Positions 28,589-36,980 of a DNA stretch of 64,000 bases are shown here, in pieces. Where the stretch lies: NCBI GenBank assembly GCA_020847075.1, contig JADLCS010000057.1, positions 21,052-85,051 of the forward strand. The letters run 5' to 3'. Positions within the stretch are counted from its first letter, which is position 1. Every line of letters begins with the position of its first letter. Source of the DNA: Gammaproteobacteria bacterium. Its GTDB lineage: Bacteria; Pseudomonadota; Gammaproteobacteria; SZUA-140. The notes under the pieces are model-generated. The model saw nothing but the letters and a program-made list of their open reading frames with translations. It had not been told where the DNA came from and ran no database searches. The translations under genes were made by a program, and so were the position numbers.

Positions 28589-30613
28589 TCAGAGATCGGC
28601 CACCAGCGTCAGGTAAGCCGCGCGTTCCTGGGCCGGCGCGTAGACCTTCACGCCACCGTCAAGCCCCACATATTCGGCGTATTTCTTGTCGAATAGGTTC
28701 TCGACGTCGAGCATGAGCCGATAATTCTGGTCGAAGCGCCAGGACAGTTGCGCGTTGGCGGTAATGAATCCATCCGCTTCCACCGTATTGGCCGGATCGA
28801 CGTAATAGTCGCTCTGGTAGCGCAGACCGACGCGCCCGCCGAGCCCCTTCATCGGTTCATACGCGGTGGAGAGGTTGGCTACGTGGCGAGGTGTGCTCAT
28901 CAGCGTATTGCCGTCGAGGCGCTGCCCGCCCTGTACAAAGCTTAAATACTCGGTGCGCAGCAGCGAGTAATCGGCGTATACGCGTATGTCGTTGTCGAAA
29001 TACGTGTCGAAGGACAGTTCGATGCCCTGGCGGCGTGTCTCGCCGGCATTCTCCAGCACCGTGGGATCGGCCAGCGTCGGCTGGGAATCGTCGGTCGTAT
29101 CCAGGCGCCAGGCGGTCAGCGTCATCATTGCGTTGGACCAGGGATTGCCGCGCACGCCGAGTTCGTACTGGGTACGTACCGCGGGATCGAGGTCTGGGCG
29201 TTTCCACAGATCCTGGTCCCGGGGCAGGGCGAAGCCGCGCCCGTAGTTGGTGAACGCGCTCCAGTCGGGCGTCAGGGTGTAGAGCAGGCCGACCTTCGGC
29301 GAGAAGATGGAAGGGTCGCTGGCGGGGAAGCTGCCGTTGGTCGGAATGCGCTCGTCCAGATCGCCCGTGAAATCGTCGTAGCGCGCCCCCAGGACCAGCC
29401 TGAGCGGGGTGGTGATCTGGTGATTGATCTCGGTGAACAGCGAAGTCGTGTACAGCTTGATGTCGTAATCCTGGAACTGTGTGCCGCGCGTACGGCTGTT
29501 GCCGACCACCATGTTCCAGCGCTGGCGATGCTCCGCCTCATCCATGTAATCGAGGCCGACCACCCAGTTGGTGTTCCTGCCGAACAGATCGCCGGAATAG
29601 CTGTAGGACACGCCGGTGCCCATCATGTCGCGGTCGTGCACGCGTTCGTTGCCGAAATTCTGGCCCGGGGTCAGCGTCGGTCTGAGCCATGACTGGAAGT
29701 AGCGGGTGAACTCCTGGTCGTAGGTCCAGGCATAGAACAGCACCTTGGAACTCTCCGACAATTGATAGCGCAGATCGAGACGCAGTTCCCTGCGTTCCTG
29801 GCGGCCGCCGTTCACGTCCGAGACCGCGGCACGCGGATTGCTGTCGTAGACGTCCTGAGGTATGTAACCGGGCGAATCCCAGCTCGAGTAGTAACTGCGC
29901 ACGCCCACCGTGGCGTCGAAGGCGTCGTTAAAATGCCAGGTCCAGCGCGCCGACGCGTTCTGCTTCTCCCAATCGGAGTTGTCCTGGTAGCCGTCGGAAT
30001 GGAAGTTCTGGAGGGCGTATACATGGTCGAGCCGGCCATCCTGGCGCGCGACTACCGCCACCGCGTCCGCGGTATTGAAGCTGCCGGTGCGGTAGCGCAG
30101 GCGGGTGAAATCGCCCTGCTTGATGGTATGGAAATGCACCACGCCGGCGCTGGCGTAATTGCCGTAGAGGGCGGAGACCGGTCCCTTGATGACCTCGATG
30201 CGCTCGATTTCGTCCGGGATGACGATGTTGGTGTCGGCGTAGCCATCCGTCTCGTTGAGCGGCACGCCGTCGAGGTAGATCGCCGCGTCGGGACCGTGCG
30301 ACGCCTCCCGGAAGCCGCGCATCTGAAAGGCCGTGGCCAGACCGCCCTGGTTGTATTGCAGCACGGTGATGCCGGGCGACTGCTTGAGAATGTCGATGGG
30401 CGTGATATAGACGCCGCCATCGGCGATCTGGTGATGATCGAGCACCGTCGCGCTGCTGGCGTCCAGGCTGCCGCGCTGGGAATCGCCGCGTACCACCATC
30501 TCCTGAAGCTGCACCGGGGTGGATTCGTTGGACCATGCCGTGGCCGGTAGCATGCCGGTCGCCGGCAACAGGGTGGCTACCACAACGGCGGTCGTTAGAG
30601 GCCGATTTCTCAT
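28589..30613 (-). CDS. TonB-dependent outer-membrane receptor 3
   Basis: Signal peptide, plug motifs (DGVPLNE, IEVIKGPVSALYGNYASAGVVHF), barrel. ATG at 30613 after AGGAAA; an in-frame TTG lies at 30616. Confidence 0.85.
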   Translation of the reverse strand: MRNRPLTTAVVVATLLPATGMLPATAWSNESTPVQLQEMVVRGDSQRGSLDASSATVLDHHQIADGGVYITPIDILKQSPGITVLQYNQGGLATAFQMRGFREASHGPDAAIYLDGVPLNETDGYADTNIVIPDEIERIEVIKGPVSALYGNYASAGVVHFHTIKQGDFTRLRYRTGSFNTADAVAVVARQDGRLDHVYALQNFHSDGYQDNSDWEKQNASARWTWHFNDAFDATVGVRSYYSSWDSPGYIPQDVYDSNPRAAVSDVNGGRQERRELRLDLRYQLSESSKVLFYAWTYDQEFTRYFQSWLRPTLTPGQNFGNERVHDRDMMGTGVSYSYSGDLFGRNTNWVVGLDYMDEAEHRQRWNMVVGNSRTRGTQFQDYDIKLYTTSLFTEINHQITTPLRLVLGARYDDFTGDLDERIPTNGSFPASDPSIFSPKVGLLYTLTPDWSAFTNYGRGFALPRDQDLWKRPDLDPAVRTQYELGVRGNPWSNAMMTLTAWRLDTTDDSQPTLADPTVLENAGETRRQGIELSFDTYFDNDIRVYADYSLLRTEYLSFVQGGQRLDGNTLMSTPRHVANLSTAYEPMKGLGGRVGLRYQSDYYVDPANTVEADGFITANAQLSWRFDQNYRLMLDVENLFDKKYAEYVGLDGGVKVYAPAQERAAYLTLVADL

Positions 30614-30746
30614 CAACGTTTTCCTCTTGAAGATCGTATCGATCTTGATGGGTGTTATGTATAATAAATATTAATTCCTAACTTAGAGATCTAATCTGCT
30701 CTGCTGCTCTACGTGGTTCGTGGTACCCCAGGATTAAATTAAATAT

Positions 30747-30770
30747 GGAGGGGCGGAAGGCCGCCCCTCC
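30747..30770 (-). terminator. Hairpin (GGAGGGGCGG aagg CCGCCCCTCC) 3' of DUF4198 paralog 2, preceding the AT-rich promoter island for TBDR3
   Basis: Perfect 10-bp GC stem, then an A/T-rich tract on the minus strand. Confidence 0.6.
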
Positions 30771-30780
30771 AGAGAGATTT

Positions 30781-31482
30781 CTAAGGACGGAACATCAAAT
30801 TGCTGGAAATCTCCACCTCATCCGTGTTCGGATTGCTCTTCATGGGCTCCATATGGGAGACATAGAGATACTGAAGGTCTGCCTTCTGGATTGAGACCTC
30901 GACCTTGCCGGAGGCATCGGTGGTGTACAACTCCATGTCGCCCATCACTTCGACGTCGGCCCCGGACAGAGGCTTGCCCTTGTAGAACACCTGGACCGGG
31001 AACTTGTCCCCAGGTTTCAGTTTCAGCGGATTGGTCAGCGGGACGATCTCGAGTTCAAGGCCGACCGGCGCGCTCAAGGCCGCGTTCCACGCCAGCAGGT
31101 TTTTATTGAAGAGGCGGATGTGCGAGGAGGTCCGGTAGTTGGGGACCTTCCACTTGGGTGCCGCCACGGATTTGCGATCCGCGCCGACGGTCCAGTATCC
31201 GTGGTTGTAGTAGAGCGCGACGAGGGCCGTGTCCGCACCCACCTGCATCTCGACCTTGGAATTCTGCACCGTGGAACGCACGACCTGGCGTTTGCCGCTG
31301 GTGTCGATGACGATGGTTTCCTCGACCCGTGCCGGGTCGTAAGGTTCCAGTTCCTCCGGATGTCCGAACACCAGTTCGTACGATTTTCCGGCGACCTTGG
31401 GCGCCAGCCATACGTCGTGCGCCAATGCCTGGGCGCAGAAGAGGCCGGTCAGGGCCAGGATCGCCAGATGTCTGCCTGTCAT
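30781..31482 (-). CDS. DUF4198-family periplasmic protein, paralog 2
   Basis: AHDVWLAPKV..., LLAWNAALSAPVGLELEIVPLTNPLKLKPGDKFPVQVFYKGKPLSGADVEVMGD (about 60% identical to paralog 1). SD GAGGAG. Confidence 0.65.
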   Translation of the reverse strand: MTGRHLAILALTGLFCAQALAHDVWLAPKVAGKSYELVFGHPEELEPYDPARVEETIVIDTSGKRQVVRSTVQNSKVEMQVGADTALVALYYNHGYWTVGADRKSVAAPKWKVPNYRTSSHIRLFNKNLLAWNAALSAPVGLELEIVPLTNPLKLKPGDKFPVQVFYKGKPLSGADVEVMGDMELYTTDASGKVEVSIQKADLQYLYVSHMEPMKSNPNTDEVEISSNLMFRP

Positions 31483-31521
31483 GTCAGGGGCTCCTCATTG
31501 GAATATATGGTGTGGAACGGA

Positions 31522-31848
31522 TCAGCGCTTCATGAGTTCGCTGTCCGGAACGCGCCGCACGTGTCCGATGTCGCCGCCGACGAAGACCGCGACGAATTTT
31601 CCTTTCGGTCGATCGAAGGTATAGAAGCCGTCGGTGAACTTCCCGCTCATCAGCGTCTTGCCCTGGTCGTCCCGGATGACGATCTTGTCGTCGTCGCTGG
31701 CGGGCGAACCGTCCTCGTAACCGGCCTCACAGGTGACGGTCCGGCCGTCGTTGTCGAAACAGTCCATATAAGGTTCATGCGCCCAGGCGGCTCCGCCGCC
31801 CAGGCTCATGATCAGACCCAGAATCAGTGCGTGGCGTGACGATCTCAT
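31522..31848 (-). CDS. Small acidic periplasmic protein (signal peptide, Cys pair CFDNDGRTVTC, Asp-rich), hypothetical
   Basis: Start overlaps the stop of the upstream DUF4198 gene (TGATG), implying translational coupling. 108 aa. Confidence 0.5.
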   Translation of the reverse strand: MRSSRHALILGLIMSLGGGAAWAHEPYMDCFDNDGRTVTCEAGYEDGSPASDDDKIVIRDDQGKTLMSGKFTDGFYTFDRPKGKFVAVFVGGDIGHVRRVPDSELMKR

Positions 31849-32621
31849 CACTGGACACCGAAGGTGAGGGTGGAACTATAGGACTCTACGTCGCAGACCT
31901 TGGGATCCGGGTAGGGCTGCTCGACGCTGGCCTTCACCAGCCAGCTGCCGGTGGATAGAAGCCGTATCGAGGCCTTGCCTTCCTCGTCGGTGGCGACGGC
32001 GTAGGCATAGGTGTTTTCCTCATTGGAAAAACCGCTGTAGGTGGCGAATACCATGCCATCGTAGGGCTTGCCGTGCAGCAGGACCTGGACGTCGAGAGAG
32101 TCGTTTACCTTGAGCGTGGCGGGATTGTTGAGCGGGATGATCTCGAGCGGGTGGCCGAAGGTGTTGCTCAGCGAACCGTCGCCGGCGCCGGTGCTGAGTA
32201 TGGCCTTCATGGTCTTGGCTGAGTAGGCACACTTGATGACATCTTTGAGGCCTTCCTTCGATTGGCGTTTGCCGCCGTCCTTGGTACGCGTAAAGAAGGC
32301 ATTCTTCTGGGTGCCCACCAGCAGATAGGTTCCTGAGGTCTTCAATTCGGGCGTTGCATAAATGGTCCCCTTTTGTTCGACCTTGGCCCGATTGCCATCG
32401 GGGCCGACCAGTTCGAGGCTGTCGAGGCGATCCGCGGCCATGGGCACGTCGACGGGAAAGCTGTGACCGGAGATCACGTAAACAGGGGAGGATTTGCCCT
32501 GCTTGAGGCTGTAGTCGGGGACGCTGATCCAGGGAAAATGGGCATAGGCCGAGGCGGCAGTGAGCAGGAGTCCTCCCGCGATCCCCGTCTGCATCAGGTG
32601 CTTGAGGCTATTTTTCTTCAT
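31848..32621 (-). CDS. DUF4198-family periplasmic protein, paralog 3 (divergent)
   Basis: Signal peptide (LLLTAASAYAHFPWISVPDY), same fold-length and C-terminal pattern. SD AAGAGGAAAG. Confidence 0.6.
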   Translation of the reverse strand: MKKNSLKHLMQTGIAGGLLLTAASAYAHFPWISVPDYSLKQGKSSPVYVISGHSFPVDVPMAADRLDSLELVGPDGNRAKVEQKGTIYATPELKTSGTYLLVGTQKNAFFTRTKDGGKRQSKEGLKDVIKCAYSAKTMKAILSTGAGDGSLSNTFGHPLEIIPLNNPATLKVNDSLDVQVLLHGKPYDGMVFATYSGFSNEENTYAYAVATDEEGKASIRLLSTGSWLVKASVEQPYPDPKVCDVESYSSTLTFGVQ

Positions 32622-33102
32622 GGGTCTTTCCTCTTTAATAAAGATCTGACTTAGAGATGGGTGTTGGTCATGAATCATTTTCTAGGTCGACTCGTTCCTG
32701 TGGGGCAGGCCTGTCCCGCCAGAATGGAGAAGGCATGTTCTGCATAATATTTATTTGAGTTGGTTTGTAAGAATTTTAATTTTTATTATATTTTTCAATA
32801 TATTAAATTATATAATTCGCTTGATATATTGATTTTTTGATACCTGATATGTCCGACGCCAAGGAGCGTTCCCATCATTTTTGTGAAATATTAATTTAAA
32901 TTAAGAACGGATAATTTACAACCTTATGATTAGTCAGGTTTGCCATTCCCTAGGTCACGGGTCATGGCCTCATTGAGGTATGCGTGGGACAAACGCGACT
33001 CTATTCCTGGCAATGAGAAGGCTGGACGTAGGATCAAGATCAAATAGGGAAGGGGGGCAGCCTGTACGCCGGTGCCGCCTCCATTGGCGTGTATGCCCCG
33101 GG

Positions 33103-34548
33103 CTATTTTCGCCAGTACGTTGGGGAGAGCAGCACCAGCAGTGTGAAGATTTCCAGGCGGCCGAGCAGCATGGCGAAAGTACAGAGCCACTTAGCCACGG
33201 GGTTAATGTCATGGAAAGTGGTGGCGACCTGTCCCAGGCCGGGGCCGATGTTGGTGAGGCAGGCGGTGACGGCGCCGAAGGCGGTGACCTGATCGACGCC
33301 GGTGGCCATCACCAGGATCATCAGCCCGATGAATACGGCCACATAAACCGAGAAGAAACTCCATACCGCGTCGAGCACGGGTTTGGGCAGGACTCGACCG
33401 CTGATCTTGACCGGTCTCACCATGTTGGGGTGGATCAGGCGCATCATTTCGCGAATACCGACTTTGCCCAGCACCATGATGCGTATCACCTTGATGCCTC
33501 CAGAGGTGGAGCCGGCGCAGCCGCCGATATGGCCGGCGAACATCAGGAGCAGGGGAATGGCGAGAGGCCAGACGGAAAAGTCGGTCGTGGTGTAACCGGT
33601 GGTGGTGATGATGGAGACCGCCTGAAACGCACCATATCTCAAGGCCGCGAGCGGACTGTCGTAGCTGCCGCCCAGATACAGTAGTACGGCGATGCCGGCG
33701 ATCAGGCCGGCGATGGCGATGAGGAATGTCCGCACCTGAGGATCCTTCCAATAGGCGGATATCCCGCGGCCGTGGAGAAACAGGAAATGCACATTGAAGC
33801 TGATGCCACCCAGGATCATGAATACGATGGTGATCATTTCAATGGCGGAGTTGTCGAAGAATCCCAGACTGGCATCATGTGTCGAGAAGCCTCCGGTAGA
33901 GACGGTGCTGAAACTGTGCGCGATCGCATCGAAGGCCGACATGCCGGCCAGCCAGTAGGCGGTGGCGCAGGCCGCGGTCAGTGAGAGATAGATCAGCCAT
34001 ACCGCGCGGGCGGTGTGGGCGATACGCGGCGTGAGCTTTTCCTCCTTCATCGGGCCCGCGGTCTCGAGGCGATAGAGCTGCATGCCGCCGACGCCGAGCA
34101 TGGGGAGGATGGCGACCGCGAGCACCACGACCCCGATCCCGCCCACCCACATGAGCTGTTGCCGGTAGATCAATATAGAGGGAGGGAGGTTGTCGATCCC
34201 GACGATCACGGTCGCGCCGGTGGTGGTGAAGCCGGAGACCGCTTCGAATACCGCATCCGTCAGGCTCAGGTGCGCGCCGAGCAGCAGGGGCAGGCTGCCG
34301 AGCGTGCCGAGCAGGATCCAGAACAGGGCGACCACGAGGAAGGCCTCGCGGTTATACAGTTCCGCCCTGTGTCGGCGATTGGGATACCAGAGCAGAAGCC
34401 CCGGCACCGCGATCAACAGGATACTCTGCACGAAATGCAATGCTTCGCCATCGCCAGTAGAGATCGCGACCAGCAGGGTGGGGATGAGGGTGAGGCTGAA
34501 CAGCAGGAGAAATATCCCGACGATGCGAGTGACGATAGGGAAACGCAT
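33103..34548 (-). CDS. trkH: TrkH/KtrB-family cation (K+) transporter
   Basis: MRFPIVTRIVGIFLLLFS... N-terminus and GFSTHDAS-type motifs characteristic of TrkH. An alternative upstream ATG lies at 34587. Confidence 0.75.
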   Translation of the reverse strand: MRFPIVTRIVGIFLLLFSLTLIPTLLVAISTGDGEALHFVQSILLIAVPGLLLWYPNRRHRAELYNREAFLVVALFWILLGTLGSLPLLLGAHLSLTDAVFEAVSGFTTTGATVIVGIDNLPPSILIYRQQLMWVGGIGVVVLAVAILPMLGVGGMQLYRLETAGPMKEEKLTPRIAHTARAVWLIYLSLTAACATAYWLAGMSAFDAIAHSFSTVSTGGFSTHDASLGFFDNSAIEMITIVFMILGGISFNVHFLFLHGRGISAYWKDPQVRTFLIAIAGLIAGIAVLLYLGGSYDSPLAALRYGAFQAVSIITTTGYTTTDFSVWPLAIPLLLMFAGHIGGCAGSTSGGIKVIRIMVLGKVGIREMMRLIHPNMVRPVKISGRVLPKPVLDAVWSFFSVYVAVFIGLMILVMATGVDQVTAFGAVTACLTNIGPGLGQVATTFHDINPVAKWLCTFAMLLGRLEIFTLLVLLSPTYWRK

Positions 34549-34716
34549 GGCGGTGTGTCGGTCGGTTTTGCCCGCGCCGGCGGGCATCTCTGTTCTGCTT
34601 GCCTGAAGCCCCCTTGGGTGGGAGAGATTAGAAGGGATAGGAGAGAGGCTGTCAAACGGGGTGACCCACCCGAACCCCCGGGGATGCCGATTCGCCGGCG
34701 GGCCCGGTTCGATAGC

Positions 34717-34736
34717 TATTGATAATGATCAATCAA
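34717..34736. promoter_or_regulatory. Fur-family operator-like dyad ATTGAT-aatgatca-ATCAAT in the trkH/zur divergent intergenic region
   Basis: tGATAATGATcAaTCAaTA matches 11/19 positions of the Fur box GATAATGATAATCATTATC and forms a 6-bp-arm inverted repeat. Lies 35 bp upstream of the regulator start. Confidence 0.5.
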
Positions 34737-34771
34737 TACCGTATTCTCGTGATCGACTCGGAAGGACAGCG

Positions 34772-35140
34772 ATGCAGGAACGCAATACCAAACAGAAGCA
34801 GATCATCGCCCGGTTGATACGGGAGGCAGGGCATCCGCTGACGATCCAGGAGATCCTGGATCTCGGGCGGCAGCATTCAGGGCGCCTCGGCATCGCGACC
34901 GTCTACAGGACCATCAAGCGTCTGCTCGATGCGGGCGAGTTGCAGGCCGTAGTCATTCCGGGAGATACCCTCCGCTATGAGGCGGTCATGCCACATCACC
35001 ACCACTTCAAATGCAGCCGGTGCGATAAGGTGTATGATCTCGATGGCTGCATAAAGGAACTGAAGAGCATGGTTCCCAAGGGTTTCAGGGTGGAGAACCA
35101 TGAGTTGACGTTTTACGGTTGCTGCCGGAGTTGCGCATGA
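34772..35140 (+). CDS. zur: Fur-family metalloregulator, probably Zur
   Basis: Fur-family DNA-binding helix, HHHFxCxxC and C-terminal CCRSC metal sites. Heads the zrgABCD-type zinc uptake operon. Confidence 0.6.
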   Translation: MQERNTKQKQIIARLIREAGHPLTIQEILDLGRQHSGRLGIATVYRTIKRLLDAGELQAVVIPGDTLRYEAVMPHHHHFKCSRCDKVYDLDGCIKELKSMVPKGFRVENHELTFYGCCRSCA

Positions 35141-35222
35141 CCATGATGAAACTTCCGCGGATGGACATGTCCGATATCGTCGTGGACCTTTGATTAGACG
35201 TCAGGATCGACCACCGGTCTTT

Positions 35223-35519
35223 ATGGATCTCACGAATCGGCGTTCCCTGAGGCTATTGCCCCTTTTCCTGGGGGGCATGCTTTTCCTCTGGCAATTGTGC
35301 CTGGTCTATCATGAGACCGAGCATAGCCTGGGCGATCCGGGTGAGATATGCCTGCTGTGCCAGGCGGCGGATCATATGCAGCACGGTTTGACCGCGGCCG
35401 TATTTCCATCCGCCGTCCCACCTTCGTTTATTCTGCCCCGCACCGACTTTTCCTCGCTGTACACGTTTTTCTCGCGCCGGCCGTCCGCCCGCGGTCCTCC
35501 CTCCGGCCACACGGCCTGA
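35223..35519 (+). CDS. Small membrane-anchored Cys/His-motif protein (HETEH, CLLC), possibly DUF2946-like
   Basis: Single N-terminal TM, then HETEHSLGDPGEICLLCQAADHMQH. No SD. Assignment is tentative. Confidence 0.35.
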   Translation: MDLTNRRSLRLLPLFLGGMLFLWQLCLVYHETEHSLGDPGEICLLCQAADHMQHGLTAAVFPSAVPPSFILPRTDFSSLYTFFSRRPSARGPPSGHTA

Positions 35520-35590
35520 AGCTTTCATAACCTCTTTTCCGCCGGCGGGCATAGCGCCCTGCCGGCCAGACAATCTGGAGAGATACGATC

Positions 35591-36211
35591 GTGATACGAG
35601 ACAGAATCGCAGTGTCGTGCGTTTTGCTGGCGGGATTCGCCGTGGCCCAGGCGCATGAAGACAGACATGAACATGGCGCCCATGAACATGGTATCGGGCG
35701 CATGGATATCGCCGTGGAGAAGAACTCGGTCGACATCGATCTCGACGGCCCGGCCGTCAACATCGTCGGATTCGAGCACGAACCCGGTGATGCGAAGGAG
35801 AGGGCCACGCTGGATGCGGCCGTCGCTGACCTGAAGCTGGGTAGTCCGTTGATGGCATTCTCGCCGGCGGCCCGCTGTACCCAGAAACGGGTTCGGGTGG
35901 ACAGTGACTTGCTCGGCCAAGGGGCCCATAAGGGGCATGCTCACGACGAGGAGGAAGGGCATCGCCATGATGACGAAGCCACGCATGAGCACGGCCACGA
36001 GGGCGACGATGACGGCGACGAGCACGAGCATGCGGATATCGATGTCACTTGGGAGATAACGTGTGCCCGCCCGGACGATCTCCACGAGATCGATTTCTCG
36101 GGGCTGTTCCGGCGTTTCCCCGGCACTCACACGTTGCGGGTCCAGGCCGCGTTGCCGAATGGCCAGACGGCGACCGAGCTGACGCCCGATGCCCCCAGGC
36201 TCAAATGGTGA
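35591..36211 (+). CDS. zrgA: His-rich periplasmic zinc-binding protein, ZrgA/DUF2796-like
   Basis: Signal peptide. HEDRHEHGAHEHG and a long His/Asp/Glu-rich loop (HKGHAHDEEEGHRHDDEATHEHGHEGDDDGDEHEH). GTG start after GGAGAG. Confidence 0.65.
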   Translation: MIRDRIAVSCVLLAGFAVAQAHEDRHEHGAHEHGIGRMDIAVEKNSVDIDLDGPAVNIVGFEHEPGDAKERATLDAAVADLKLGSPLMAFSPAARCTQKRVRVDSDLLGQGAHKGHAHDEEEGHRHDDEATHEHGHEGDDDGDEHEHADIDVTWEITCARPDDLHEIDFSGLFRRFPGTHTLRVQAALPNGQTATELTPDAPRLKW

Positions 36212-36266
36212 ATCCGGTGAGAGGCGGGGCGGACCCCCGCCTCACCCCCGGGAAGAGACGATCAAG

Positions 36267-36980
36267 ATGAATCAAGCCGTAATCGATCTCCGTGACGTGG
36301 AATTCGCCTGGACCCGTGCCGGTACGCCGGTGTTGAGCCTGGAACACCTGTATGTGGGGAAGGGCGAGCGTTTATTTCTGAAAGGTCCGAGCGGTAGCGG
36401 AAAGAGCACGCTGCTGAATCTGCTGGGCGGAGTGACGGTGGCGCGGCGCGGGTCGGTAACGGTGCTCGGCGAGGACCTTGGAACGCTGTCCGCCTCGGCG
36501 CGCGACCGTTTCCGGGCCGAGCATGTCGGCTATATTTTTCAGTTGTTCAACCTGGTGCCATACCTGAGCGTGCTCGACAATGTACTGCTGCCGCTGCGCT
36601 TTTCAGCGACGCGACGGGAGCACGTCCGAACACGCGGCGGCGCGCGCGCCGAGGCCGGGCGTCTGATCACCCAACTGGGGCTGGGCGCGGCGTTGCTTGA
36701 CCGCCCGGCGACCGATCTGAGCGTGGGGCAGCAGCAGCGGGTGGCCGCCGCGCGTGCGCTCATCGGCGGGCCGGAGCTGGTAGTTGCCGATGAGCCGACC
36801 TCGGCCCTCGATGCCGATACGCGTGCGCTGTTCATCCGGCTATTGATGGATGAATGCGCCAGCCAGGGGGCGACGCTGGTATTCGTGAGCCACGATGCCT
36901 CACTGGAGCCGTTATTCGATCGTGGTCTCGCCCTGAACGACCTCAACCGTAGCAGGAGGGGCCCCCGTGTCGATGCTTGA
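36267..36980 (+). CDS. zrgB: ABC transporter ATP-binding protein (ZrgB-like, LolD/MacB family)
   Basis: Walker A GPSGSGKST, signature LSVGQQQRVAAARAL, Walker B VVADEPTSALD. Confidence 0.8.
   Translation: MNQAVIDLRDVEFAWTRAGTPVLSLEHLYVGKGERLFLKGPSGSGKSTLLNLLGGVTVARRGSVTVLGEDLGTLSASARDRFRAEHVGYIFQLFNLVPYLSVLDNVLLPLRFSATRREHVRTRGGARAEAGRLITQLGLGAALLDRPATDLSVGQQQRVAAARALIGGPELVVADEPTSALDADTRALFIRLLMDECASQGATLVFVSHDASLEPLFDRGLALNDLNRSRRGPRVDA

Noticed and set aside
30681-32660. Shared CACCCATC/ATCTCTAAGT motif upstream of TBDR3 and DUF4198-3 as a specific operator
   Set aside because: Only two occurrences, partial, and in opposite contexts; noted but too weak to call.
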